Source: Fimbriimonadaceae bacterium
Lineage (GTDB): Bacteria > Armatimonadota > Fimbriimonadia > Fimbriimonadales > Fimbriimonadaceae
Direction: 5' to 3'
NCBI GenBank assembly: GCA_020847855.1
Contig: JADLBH010000021.1
Span: forward strand, 4,773 to 68,772
Length of the DNA stretch: 64,000 nucleotides
The notes beneath the pieces were generated by a model, which searched no databases, was not told the DNA's origin, and was given only the letters and a program-made list of their open reading frames with translations. Below, piece after piece: positions 28,624-37,520 of the stretch. The first letter of the stretch is position 1. Each line of letters starts with the position of its first letter. The position numbers and the translations under genes are program-made.

Positions 28624-29628
28624 CTAGACTCCGATGGGATCCTTGGTCCCACGCTCCACGCTCGCAAGTGCCTGGCCGACGACCTGGTCGGTGGTGACGC
28701 CCTCGGCCTCGGCCTCGTAGTTCAGTACGATGCGGTGCCGGAGCGCGGGTCGTGCCGCGCGCTTGAGATCTTCGAACGAGACGTTGAAGCGCGAGTCGAG
28801 CAGGGCATACACCTTGGCCGCCGTGACGAGGGCCTGCGCCCCCCTGGGAGATGCCCCATAGCGGACGTATTTCTTGGCATGGTCGGTCGTGCCTTCACCT
28901 TCGGGGTGCGTTCCCAGCACGATCGCCAAACCGCGCGCGAGCACGTCTTCGGCGAGCACGACCTTCCTTACGACCTCGCGCATCTTGAGAACGTCCTCGC
29001 CCGTCGCGACGTGAGCGGTGACGGGCTCCTCCGTGCCCGTCGTCTGCTGAACGATTCGGGCCAGGTCCGCCCGATCCGGGAACGGCACGAGCAGTTTGAA
29101 GAAGAACCGATCCAGTTGTGCCTCAGGGAGCGGGTAGGTTCCTTCCTGCTCGATGGGGTTTTGAGTCGCCATCACCAAGAACGGCTCCGGAAGCTCGTTC
29201 TGCACCCCACCGACCGTCACGCGGTGCTCCTGCATCGCCTCGAGGAGGGCCGACTGCGTCTTGGGAGTGGCCCGGTTGATCTCGTCCGCGAGAACAAGGT
29301 TCGCAAAGACGGGACCCTTGCGGAACTCGAAGGCTCGTTCGCCTTCTCTGGACTGAACCAAGACGTTCGTTCCGGTCACGTCGGCGGGCATCATGTCCGG
29401 CGTGAACTGAATCCGGCTGAAGGGAAGGCTGACAGCTTCGGAGAGGGTACGGACGAGCAGGGTCTTCCCAAGCCCTGGCAATCCTTCGAGGAGGACGTGT
29501 CCGTTTGCGGCCAGGGCCACCAGTGTGGACTCCACGACCTGATCTTGGCCGACGATCACCCGGCCCACCATGTCCTTGATCTCCAGGAACTTGTCCCGGA
29601 ACCAGCTTGCTTCCTGTTGTGCTTCCAT
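28624..29628 (-). CDS. MoxR-family AAA+ ATPase
   Basis: Motifs IVGQDQVVE, Walker A GLPGLGKT, Walker B LADEINRATPKTQSALLEAMQE, ATQNPIEQEGTYPLPEAQLDRF. Confidence 0.9.
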   Translation of the reverse strand: MEAQQEASWFRDKFLEIKDMVGRVIVGQDQVVESTLVALAANGHVLLEGLPGLGKTLLVRTLSEAVSLPFSRIQFTPDMMPADVTGTNVLVQSREGERAFEFRKGPVFANLVLADEINRATPKTQSALLEAMQEHRVTVGGVQNELPEPFLVMATQNPIEQEGTYPLPEAQLDRFFFKLLVPFPDRADLARIVQQTTGTEEPVTAHVATGEDVLKMREVVRKVVLAEDVLARGLAIVLGTHPEGEGTTDHAKKYVRYGASPRGAQALVTAAKVYALLDSRFNVSFEDLKRAARPALRHRIVLNYEAEAEGVTTDQVVGQALASVERGTKDPIGV

Positions 29629-29630
29629 CG

Positions 29631-31388
29631 CTAGCCTTTCCCTAGGGAATCGAAATACTCTTTGACTCGTTTCTCGTGCTCTCGTGGAACCAGGTCGCGG
29701 TCCACTGCGCTCTCGGCCGCCTTCTTATAGCTGGGAAGGATCTTGCGGTACGGCACGCTTGACTTGCTGCCCAGTTGGGTGGGCGCTTTCAGCTCCACGT
29801 TGTACTCCTTGCCTCCTTTGCCCCACTCGCCTCGGACCCCGGTCTTGGTCGTCTTGCCCTTGGTCTCCATCTCCTTCTCGGACCGGACGATCTTCCCTGT
29901 GTCTGCGAACTGGTCTTGGGAGCCTGTCCCGCCGCCGCCTGGGTTCTGGAGCTCCTGCATCATCCCCAGGGCCGCGGCCATCTGCTGAGCGGACTCCTTC
30001 GACATCTTGCCGCTCTCCATCTCTTCGAGGGCCTTCTTCATCATCTCCTTCATGGCGGCTCGGGTGGCAGGGTCCTTGAGCTTCTCGGCGAGCTGCTTCA
30101 TCTGCTCCGCCATCTGCTTGAGTTGCTCAGGGTCGGGCTGCTTTCCCTCGCTCTGCTGCTGGGCCATGCTCTGCATCTCCTGCAACTTCTTCGCGAGCTC
30201 CTGTGCCTCGGGGCTCTGCGCGAGCTCCCGCAGTGCCTTCTCGACGTCCTCGCTCATCTCGAGCGATTGCATGAGGTCCCGCATCTCTTCCATCTGCCTG
30301 CGCGCCTCCGCGATCTGTCGCTCCATGGCCTTGCGCTGTTCCGGGGGGAGCGAGTCCATCTTATCAATCTGTCGCTGAAGCTCAGCCATGCGCTCGTTCG
30401 TGGCCTGCCGAAGCTGATCCCTCTGTTGCGGCGAGAGCTCTGCGAGGGCCCGCGCGTCCTCCTTGAGGCCGAGTTGGTCGAGCTTCTCGCTCTCGCCCTC
30501 GCTCCGCTCGTTCTTCCAGCCCTGTTCGACCCTCTCCTTCTCGATGAACTCCAACTGCTCCTGGCTGAGCTCGATGGCGTCGAGCTTCTCCATGTCCACT
30601 CCGGCTTCCGAGAGCTGGCTTTGTTGGTATTGCCGGAGGGCGGTCTGAGCCTTGGCGATCTCGGCCTTTGCTTCTTCCACATGGGCTTTCGCCTGGCGCT
30701 CTGCCTGCTCGGCAAGCTTGTTCGCCGTTCTCATGGCTTCTTCCCGGTTCACGCGCCCTCGCTGGAGATCCTCGCCCAGCCGGTTCATGTCGGACGCGAG
30801 CTTGCGATCCCCAGCCGCCATGGGGCCGGACTTCGGTCGCTCGCCCAGGGGCTTGGCGACGCGGACGACGGCTTGGCCCGCCTTGGCAAGCTCTGCCCGC
30901 TCCTCGGCAGACTTCGGCCCGCGAAGGAGCGGAGAGCTCCCCAGACCAAATACAAGCGCCACGGCCGCAACTGAGACGGCTGCGATCAACTGGGTTCGAC
31001 GGGCGCGGAGGGGATAGAGGACGGCTGGATCGAGCTCAGACACTCGGCTCACCGCATCGTGCCGCACCGCCTGGGCGAACTCGTCCTTCCCCGCTTCCTC
31101 GGCGCTCACCGCGCGGTCTCGGAGCTGCCCCCTCAGGTCAACGGACCGGGCCACCGCGATGGGATCCCACCGCCACACCGCCCCCGCCACCGACCCGGCC
31201 AGAGCGCAAGCACCTACCGCGACTGCGAGCTGCCCCCAATCCGCATACGCAAGTCGGGCGAAGTCCAAAGCCACCCAAACGCCGGCGACTAGTGCGCCCA
31301 GGCACACCCCGTAAGCTAGGCCAGCCCACGCGCCCACGACTCGTAGCCGACGACGAAACGGCTGCAACGACCTCTCAAACTCCGACAT
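29631..31388 (-). CDS. membrane-anchored E/K/Q/M-rich coiled-coil protein, unknown function
   Basis: Three N-terminal hydrophobic helices, about 350 aa of low-complexity heptad-like sequence, then a conserved-looking tail VPYRKILPSYKKAAESAVDRDLVPREHEKRVKEYFDSL. ATG 31388 overlaps the upstream gene by 14 nt. Confidence 0.6.
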   Translation of the reverse strand: MSEFERSLQPFRRRLRVVGAWAGLAYGVCLGALVAGVWVALDFARLAYADWGQLAVAVGACALAGSVAGAVWRWDPIAVARSVDLRGQLRDRAVSAEEAGKDEFAQAVRHDAVSRVSELDPAVLYPLRARRTQLIAAVSVAAVALVFGLGSSPLLRGPKSAEERAELAKAGQAVVRVAKPLGERPKSGPMAAGDRKLASDMNRLGEDLQRGRVNREEAMRTANKLAEQAERQAKAHVEEAKAEIAKAQTALRQYQQSQLSEAGVDMEKLDAIELSQEQLEFIEKERVEQGWKNERSEGESEKLDQLGLKEDARALAELSPQQRDQLRQATNERMAELQRQIDKMDSLPPEQRKAMERQIAEARRQMEEMRDLMQSLEMSEDVEKALRELAQSPEAQELAKKLQEMQSMAQQQSEGKQPDPEQLKQMAEQMKQLAEKLKDPATRAAMKEMMKKALEEMESGKMSKESAQQMAAALGMMQELQNPGGGGTGSQDQFADTGKIVRSEKEMETKGKTTKTGVRGEWGKGGKEYNVELKAPTQLGSKSSVPYRKILPSYKKAAESAVDRDLVPREHEKRVKEYFDSLGKG

Positions 31389-32916
31389 ATCTTGACTCCA
31401 TGCTCTGTGCCTGACTCTTGCGCCCGATCTCGGCAAAGAGCCCGATGACCGTGGCCGCCAGTAGCATTCCCGCACCCTTGGCCATCGCGACCTGGGGCTC
31501 CGAACCGATGAACGTCAATGGGTTCCACAACGTTGCAACGGAGCTATCCCGGAGTACGGAACTGATCCATCCCAGGACGACCCACGGCACGGTGAAGAAC
31601 ACGACCGTAAAGGCCATGAAGAGCCTGCGGGAACCTGAAACGCCCTGGTTGCCGCCGAGCAGTGAACCCATCCAGCCGAACGACCACCCCAAAAGAACGA
31701 AGGCCCAGGAGGCAAAGACGTACGGAGCGTCCAAAAAGAGCGTGGACAGATCGCCGAACCATCGCATCGCAAACGTTCCCAAGGTCGCGGTCAGCACTAA
31801 TGAAATAAGGAACGGCAGGCCGGAGGCAGGGGTTCCGCGAAGGGCCAAACGCGCTAAGAACAGTCCGTTCGGGTACGACTTCCGATCCGACGCGTACGAC
31901 CAGACGGAGACGAAGGGCAAGGACACATAGAGATAGCAGCAGACGATGAAAAAGAAGATCGCGTGACCCGAGGCCCCCCCGGCCGAGCCGCCGGACGGAG
32001 CAAACGGGATCGAGGCTCCCAGGCTCAAGGACACGAGGACGGTGACCAAGGCGACCAGAAACAAGCTGTGGATGCGAAGGCTCATCGTATCGGCTGAACC
32101 TGCTTGGCTCAGCGCAGAACCGGCCCCGACCGTGAAGACACGAACCAGCAACAAGATCGCGAGAGAACCCAGGAGCCAGTTCGGCATCGCGGTACCGAAG
32201 AGCAAGGTCGTGGTTCCCTGCGAAGGAAGCGCCATGAATGGGGTCATGGACGCAAGGAAGCTGCTGGCGCCGGCCGCGAGCGAAGGAACCATCAAGATCA
32301 ACGGCTGGAGCGCGATGGCGATGCAGGCGATCAAGCTATACGCGGCGGCGGGCACAATCTTGGCAGAAGTGCACGCGATCGGCAAGGCGACGGCAGTGTA
32401 GAGCAGCCCGTGCATGGACGCCATGAACAAGGTCTCGGCGACCCACCTCATCGTGATCCCCCCCAAAACCACTCCCACGCTCAGAACGGGAAGGATCATG
32501 AAGATAAGGAGCACGACGTACCGATACGAGCTCAGGAGCTTTCCGATGAGGAAGTACTTCGTCCCAACCGGGGAGCTGAAGACCAGGTCAATGGAGCGGC
32601 GCTGGTACTCCCCGACGATGGAGGAGCAAACGAGAGCGGGCGCGATCAGCCCCACCAAGAGCTCCGTCATCCCCAGCACCATATAGGCAAATCCGGTCAA
32701 GTCCGCCTGAATCCGGCTGATGGAAACCTTTCCCCCGGCGGAGGAGGAGATCCCGAGATAGAACACCCCTGCCGCGAGCACCATGAAGCCGAGGTAGCAG
32801 AACAGGATCACTGGGGTGTTCCAACCTCGCATGTTCGAGCGCAAGTCGCGCACCGACCCGGCGTTTCCCACGTAGGTCCGCCACTGTTCGGACATCCAGT
32901 CGGTGACCGCCCGCAC
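31375..32916 (-). CDS. large multi-TM ABC-2-type permease (513 aa)
   Basis: Many hydrophobic helices. ABC-2-like loop IVGEYQRRSIDLVFSSPV. Start lies 1 nt after the ATPase stop. Confidence 0.7.
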   Translation of the reverse strand: MRAVTDWMSEQWRTYVGNAGSVRDLRSNMRGWNTPVILFCYLGFMVLAAGVFYLGISSSAGGKVSISRIQADLTGFAYMVLGMTELLVGLIAPALVCSSIVGEYQRRSIDLVFSSPVGTKYFLIGKLLSSYRYVVLLIFMILPVLSVGVVLGGITMRWVAETLFMASMHGLLYTAVALPIACTSAKIVPAAAYSLIACIAIALQPLILMVPSLAAGASSFLASMTPFMALPSQGTTTLLFGTAMPNWLLGSLAILLLVRVFTVGAGSALSQAGSADTMSLRIHSLFLVALVTVLVSLSLGASIPFAPSGGSAGGASGHAIFFFIVCCYLYVSLPFVSVWSYASDRKSYPNGLFLARLALRGTPASGLPFLISLVLTATLGTFAMRWFGDLSTLFLDAPYVFASWAFVLLGWSFGWMGSLLGGNQGVSGSRRLFMAFTVVFFTVPWVVLGWISSVLRDSSVATLWNPLTFIGSEPQVAMAKGAGMLLAATVIGLFAEIGRKSQAQSMESRYVGV

Positions 32917-32917
32917 C

Positions 32918-33847
32918 CTAGTTCACTGCCCCCGTCGTCACCTTGAGGAACACGTCCTCGAGGTCCACCGCCGACTCGCGCAGGGAGACTAAGGGATAAC
33001 CTTCCTGAATGATCTCGGCGACGAGCGTCGCCTGCTCCTCGTCCCCGCCCTGGAAGTCGAGCCGGACGGTGCGCTCTCCCGTGAGTTGGGTGTCGAGGAC
33101 GTTCTCACGATTGTGCAGCCACATGCTGGCCGCGGGGGCGTCTCCGAGGAAGCGAAGCTCCAGCACTCGGTTCTGGGAGATTCCGGCCACGATGTCCTCG
33201 ACCGCGCCGCACGCGATCATCCGGCCGCGCTCGATGATGCCGACGGAGTTGCAGAAGGCCGCGAGCTCGGGCAGGATGTGCGAGCTCACGATCACGATCT
33301 TGCCCATCTGACCCAACTCGAGGATGAGATCCTTCAATTCCGCCCGGGCGCGGGGGTCGAGGCCGCTGGCCGGCTCGTCGAGCAAAAGTAGGGTGGGATC
33401 GTGGATCAGGCAGCGGGCGAGGGCGAGGCGCTGCTGCATCCCCCTGGAAAGCGATCCGGCCATCGCTAGCGACTTGCCCGTGAGGTTGACGAGTTCGAGC
33501 ACGTTGCCGATAACCGCCTTCCGGTCCCTCTGGGGGACGCGGTAGATGGTGGCAAAGAAGTCCAGGTACTCCCACACCTTGACATCGTCATAGAGCCCGA
33601 AGAAATCGGGCATGTACCCGATCGCCTTGCGGATCGCCATCGTGTCGCGGCGGAGATCCATCCCGTTGAGCGTCGCCGTGCCCGCGTCCGGTTCGAGGAG
33701 GGTCGCCAGCATCCGGATCGTCGTAGTCTTGCCCGCGCCGTTCGAACCAATGAACCCAAAGATCTCGCCCGGCTTGAGCCGGAAGGAGACATCGTCCGCG
33801 GCGAGCAAAGGGCCGTAGCTCTTCGTGAGCCCCTGGACTTCAAGCAT
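32918..33847 (-). CDS. ABC transporter ATP-binding protein (ABC-2 / DrrA-like subfamily)
   Basis: Walker A GSNGAGKTT, signature LSRGMQQR, Walker B LLLLDEPASGLD, H-loop SSHIL. Confidence 0.9.
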   Translation of the reverse strand: MLEVQGLTKSYGPLLAADDVSFRLKPGEIFGFIGSNGAGKTTTIRMLATLLEPDAGTATLNGMDLRRDTMAIRKAIGYMPDFFGLYDDVKVWEYLDFFATIYRVPQRDRKAVIGNVLELVNLTGKSLAMAGSLSRGMQQRLALARCLIHDPTLLLLDEPASGLDPRARAELKDLILELGQMGKIVIVSSHILPELAAFCNSVGIIERGRMIACGAVEDIVAGISQNRVLELRFLGDAPAASMWLHNRENVLDTQLTGERTVRLDFQGGDEEQATLVAEIIQEGYPLVSLRESAVDLEDVFLKVTTGAVN

Positions 33848-34676
33848 CGCGCTTCCCCCAGAACTCGCGGACCTTCCCGCGAGATACGACCAGGAGCAGG
33901 ATCGAAAACACCACGAGGGCCAAGCTCAGTGCGATGGAGTCACGGATCGGCTCGCTCGGGCTTGCGCCCTGCCCCGAGATGAGGGAGCCCACCACCCAGA
34001 AAGGGTTCGTGTGGTAGAGCTCGAGCTGAGAGTCGGGCCTCGCCCCGAAACCGCTGATCGAGACGTCTAGGATCGGAAGTCCGACAAGCCAAGCCAAAAG
34101 GGCGAACAGGGATCCGATCAAGGCAGCTCCCGTCGTCTTCGCCCTGGCCGAGACGAACATCGTGAGCCCGGCGGAGAACATCGCGGAGGAAGCGACCACC
34201 GCCATAGCGAGAAGGAAGGTTTGCCACGATGGGAGAACCGAGCGCACTGGCGAGAGCATCGGCTTCCAAATGTGTCCGATTTCTATGGCGAGCGCCACCG
34301 GGATGAACAACGCGATGGTCACCGCAACGGGCAAGACCCCCTTGGACACTTTCGCGAACAGGATTTGAGCCGACGTAAGCGGAGCGACGAGGAGCACTTC
34401 GATGCTTCGCTTCTCCCGCTCCCCAGCGATAGAGCCGTGGAGGACGGCGAGCGGGATCAAGATGACCATCAGTAAGAGAGGGATCAAGAAAATCTGCCAG
34501 AACAAGTACTCGGCGAAGTAGCCTGCGAGCAAAGTCACGCAGAGCACGAGCACGCCTACGAACCAGATTGCGGTCTTCGTCGTCCGGAGCCCAGTTCGCG
34601 TAAAGATCCTGACGCTCGAAGCCATGACCAGCTTGAGCAGGGGATTGTCGGCGACGAGTGCCTGCCAAGTGTTCAT
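33840..34676 (-). CDS. ABC-2-type permease (278 aa)
   Basis: Six predicted TM helices. Motif IAGEREKRSIEVLLVAPLT. ATG 34676 overlaps the upstream stop (ATGA). Confidence 0.75.
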   Translation of the reverse strand: MNTWQALVADNPLLKLVMASSVRIFTRTGLRTTKTAIWFVGVLVLCVTLLAGYFAEYLFWQIFLIPLLLMVILIPLAVLHGSIAGEREKRSIEVLLVAPLTSAQILFAKVSKGVLPVAVTIALFIPVALAIEIGHIWKPMLSPVRSVLPSWQTFLLAMAVVASSAMFSAGLTMFVSARAKTTGAALIGSLFALLAWLVGLPILDVSISGFGARPDSQLELYHTNPFWVVGSLISGQGASPSEPIRDSIALSLALVVFSILLLVVSRGKVREFWGKRDA

Positions 34677-36427
34677 TGTGCGCCTCCATCGGCGTCGAGC
34701 GTCCAAACCACGGTCGCACCCGCCGAGGCCCGAGACTCGGACAGGAGGGTCACACCGATCGGGGCATCGTGCGTCTTGGCAGAATAGACGTACCGAAGGC
34801 CCGCCCCGCCGCGCGGAGCCCCATTGAGCGCAGCCGACTTGCCTGCTTCCAGTTCAGGAACCACCCAAGTCTGGCCGCCTTGGCTCAAAGAGCCCGGCCC
34901 GAACTTCCAAGGCGTTGAGTTCGTCAGCTTCAGGCCTCCCTGAGTCCGCGCGAGCCTGAGCGTACCGGGGCGCGGGACGACCTGGTCCAACTCGAACTCA
35001 CGAAATGCCAAGGGTGGTAGGTCGAGGCGCGGGACCGCGATCTCGCCGACATCGAGGATCACGCCCCTCCAAGGCGAACGGGTCGGCATTTCGAACTGGT
35101 TCTGGGTGGTAGGACGCAAGAGCTCCACCCCTTGCAGCCGCAGATCCTTGGGCCCGGCTTCGGGGACGAAGATCTGCTGCGTCCCCCAGAAGATTCCCGC
35201 CTGGGAATCGTCGTCGAAAGCGAGCGTGCCCGTGGTCGCCTTCCCTGCCTCGGCTTTGGTCACCTGCTGTGCCGAACTTGCGATGAACGCACTGAACCCG
35301 ATGCTCGCCAGCGGGAGCGCCACCCACGCCCAAGGCGCATGCCCAAGCCGATTCAGCCCGAAGAGCACGAGGGGGACGACGAGCAGGCCATAGAGAGCGA
35401 GGCCACCGATTACGACCCTTGCGTCGGGAACTTGGAGCAGGAAAGCGTCAGCACCGCGTTGGACGGGGGTCGCCTCCCAGGGCTCGGGCGGCTTCGCCTG
35501 GGTCTTGGCCCCCAGCTTCGCGGCAAGCTCCGCGCTCTCTCGAACGGCCCCCGCACGCCTGGACCAAGTGCGATTCACAGATTCGAAGGGATCGCAGGCC
35601 CAAAAGAACACCACCCCTGTGCCGACGCGTCGGGAGACGACCCAAGCCATCTCACCCGCATCTCGGTCCATGCTACCGGGCAAGGGACTCGCTTGGACAG
35701 CGGCGACAGTCCGGTTTGCCGGGATCCCGAAGAAAGCTCGAACGTGTGGTGGAGGTAGGGCCGATATGGCTCGACCCACACCCACCGGCACTACACCGGC
35801 CCAGCGAGGGTCGTTGATGAGCGGGGTGTTGGTGCCCCCGACGAAGACGAGGGTGCCCCCGCCCAGGACATAGCTCTTGAGCGCAGCCACGGCCGAGTCT
35901 TTCATCCGCTCCGCCCCCGCCCCCAAGATCACGAGTTGAAGGCCGCGGTAGCCGACCGATCGTTCGGGCGCCTCCTCTGGCGTGCACGTGGCAGACCTCC
36001 ATTTCGCCTGCGGCAGGAACTGGAGGATTCCGGCCGTGTCTGTAATCCCGATGACGCTGGCCTGACCTTGTGCCACCTGCGGCTCGGCTGGGATGCTTAG
36101 CTCGGTGGAGCCCTGATCCGTCTCCGCCCCTAGCTTGAGATCGGAGTACGAATTGTCGGAAAGCGGGTAGAGCGTGGCCACCTTCGACCCGCCCGCCTCC
36201 AATTCGAAGGGTGCAGAGACCGAGGCGGTTCCGGATTCGATGTAGACGATCCCACGGACAGGGTTCCGTCCTCCCTTGACGCTGACCTCGATCGGGTACG
36301 CGCCTTGATCAGAGGGGAATCTCGGGAAGACCTTTCGGTAGCCCAGCGTGAACGGTTGCGCACTGGCAACGAGCGCGAAACCGCTCGCGAGCACGATTAT
36401 GGCAAGCCTGCGCATATACGTGCCCAT
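34673..36427 (-). CDS. signal-peptide protein with central TM hairpin, unknown function (possible GATase1-like fold segment)
   Basis: Signal MRRLAIIVLASGFALVASAQP. The block LQLVILGAGAERM..LKSYVLGGGTLVFVGG resembles the GATase1-like segment of the 930-aa protein. Two TM helices around residues 345-395. Confidence 0.55.
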   Translation of the reverse strand: MGTYMRRLAIIVLASGFALVASAQPFTLGYRKVFPRFPSDQGAYPIEVSVKGGRNPVRGIVYIESGTASVSAPFELEAGGSKVATLYPLSDNSYSDLKLGAETDQGSTELSIPAEPQVAQGQASVIGITDTAGILQFLPQAKWRSATCTPEEAPERSVGYRGLQLVILGAGAERMKDSAVAALKSYVLGGGTLVFVGGTNTPLINDPRWAGVVPVGVGRAISALPPPHVRAFFGIPANRTVAAVQASPLPGSMDRDAGEMAWVVSRRVGTGVVFFWACDPFESVNRTWSRRAGAVRESAELAAKLGAKTQAKPPEPWEATPVQRGADAFLLQVPDARVVIGGLALYGLLVVPLVLFGLNRLGHAPWAWVALPLASIGFSAFIASSAQQVTKAEAGKATTGTLAFDDDSQAGIFWGTQQIFVPEAGPKDLRLQGVELLRPTTQNQFEMPTRSPWRGVILDVGEIAVPRLDLPPLAFREFELDQVVPRPGTLRLARTQGGLKLTNSTPWKFGPGSLSQGGQTWVVPELEAGKSAALNGAPRGGAGLRYVYSAKTHDAPIGVTLLSESRASAGATVVWTLDADGGAQ

Positions 36428-36462
36428 ATCGTAGCAAACACGGGCAACCTACCGCCTCGTTG

Positions 36463-36507
36463 CAGAAAGGGAAGAACGGCCCAGGACTGAGATCAGCCGA
36501 GGGCCGT
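36463..36507 (-). terminator. intrinsic terminator downstream of the PEP-CTERM gene
   Basis: On the minus strand, stem ACGGCCC/GGGCCGT (36476-36482 with 36501-36507) is followed by TCTTCCCTTTCT. Confidence 0.5.
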
Positions 36508-36515
36508 GGACATTC

Positions 36516-37274
36516 CTACCGGCGGCGGCGCAGAACGGCCGCGAGACCCAAGCCGAACGCGGTCAGCGTCGCCGGCTCGGGAACCGGGCTCGACGTCACC
36601 GTGATGTCGTCAATGCCCACCCACTCGTCACTCCCAACCGCGTTCGCCGTGATCACGCGGAACTCGAGGATCGAAGCATTGTCCCATGCTCCGTCCGTTG
36701 CGGAGACCGGAGTGACCAAGGTCGCCTGGCTCGGCCCGGTGCTCGCATCGGCGATATAGCCGGCCGGGACGTTCACAAAGTTCCCCGTGCCGCCGACGCG
36801 ATACTGCAGGGCCACCTGCTGGATCGAGTTGTCCAGGCTCCCATCAATGTCCCGAACGTTGTAGGAGATCGTGACGTTGGTTCGGCCGGTTGCGTTCATA
36901 TAGAGCACCAGGCCGGGCGTGTCCGCGGAGCCAGAGCCCTGCATCGCAACGACGGGGTTCGTGATCCCGTCGAACTCGGCCACGCCGCCATTGCCCAGGG
37001 AGTTGGGGGCCGCTTGGTTGGCGATTACGTCTACGACGCCCATGTTCGGGGCAAGGTACGTCTGCGGGTCCACCCCAGTGGGAGAACCTGCGTTCGTGTC
37101 GCCAAGGAATCCGGTGATGCTTCCCACGCCGGACCAGTCGTCGTTCGCGGCGATCATGGCGGTGTTCGACCAGTCTTGGGAGAAGTTCCCGGCAGAGAGA
37201 TCGAAGAGAACCATGTCGGCGCGGCCGACGGCCGCGATCGCGACCAAGGCAAGGGGGAGGGTCGTTTTCATCAT
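36516..37274 (-). CDS. PEP-CTERM sorting-domain secreted protein, unknown function
   Basis: Signal MMKTTLPLALVAIAAVGRA. C-terminus is VPEPATLTAFGLGLAAVLRRRR. Confidence 0.8.
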   Translation of the reverse strand: MMKTTLPLALVAIAAVGRADMVLFDLSAGNFSQDWSNTAMIAANDDWSGVGSITGFLGDTNAGSPTGVDPQTYLAPNMGVVDVIANQAAPNSLGNGGVAEFDGITNPVVAMQGSGSADTPGLVLYMNATGRTNVTISYNVRDIDGSLDNSIQQVALQYRVGGTGNFVNVPAGYIADASTGPSQATLVTPVSATDGAWDNASILEFRVITANAVGSDEWVGIDDITVTSSPVPEPATLTAFGLGLAAVLRRRR

Positions 37275-37418
37275 TGGAGTTCAGGAAGCCGTTTTCGGCA
37301 CCATGGGGATTCTCGGTTCCCACTGCCTTCCACGGGACACGGTGGGGAAAACTTTGGCCGTTTGACCCACAGAACTGACGATTTTTTGCGCAACCAACGC
37401 GCTTTCTCATACGTCGCC

Positions 37419-37424
37419 TATAAT
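37419..37424 (+). promoter_or_regulatory. candidate -10 element (perfect TATAAT) for the small lipoprotein gene
   Basis: TATAAT lies 97 nt upstream of ATG 37521 in a locally AT-rich divergent intergenic region. No clear -35. Confidence 0.3.
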
Positions 37425-37520
37425 GATCGGAACGTCCGTGCCTGGCATTCGTGGCAGGCTGGTCGTGCGGTCAACCCGGCTTGCCGGGCGGGCCAAAGAT
37501 CCAAGGTGGAAAACAAGAAC

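Noticed and set aside
23121-29628. MoxR/DUF58/VWA genes as an anti-phage defence island
   Set aside because: There are no nuclease, methylase, helicase, TIR, Sir2 or other effector-type domains. There are no mobile-element flanks and no GC shift visible by eye. The architecture matches housekeeping Bat-like envelope modules.
29990-30420. Repetitive-looking nucleotide stretch (ctgcttcatctgctc..., ctgcatctcctgc...) that might suggest a repeat array or CRISPR
   Set aside because: The units are imperfect and in frame, and they encode the E/K/Q/M coiled-coil of the 29631..31388 protein. There is no constant repeat and spacer periodicity.
36428-36462. Promoter call for the 20-kb array (TACGAT immediately upstream of ATG 36427)
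   Set aside because: Only 35 nt are available and there is no -35. The hexamer abuts the first ATG and lies 12 nt from the second, which is wrong spacing for both, so it is too weak to annotate.
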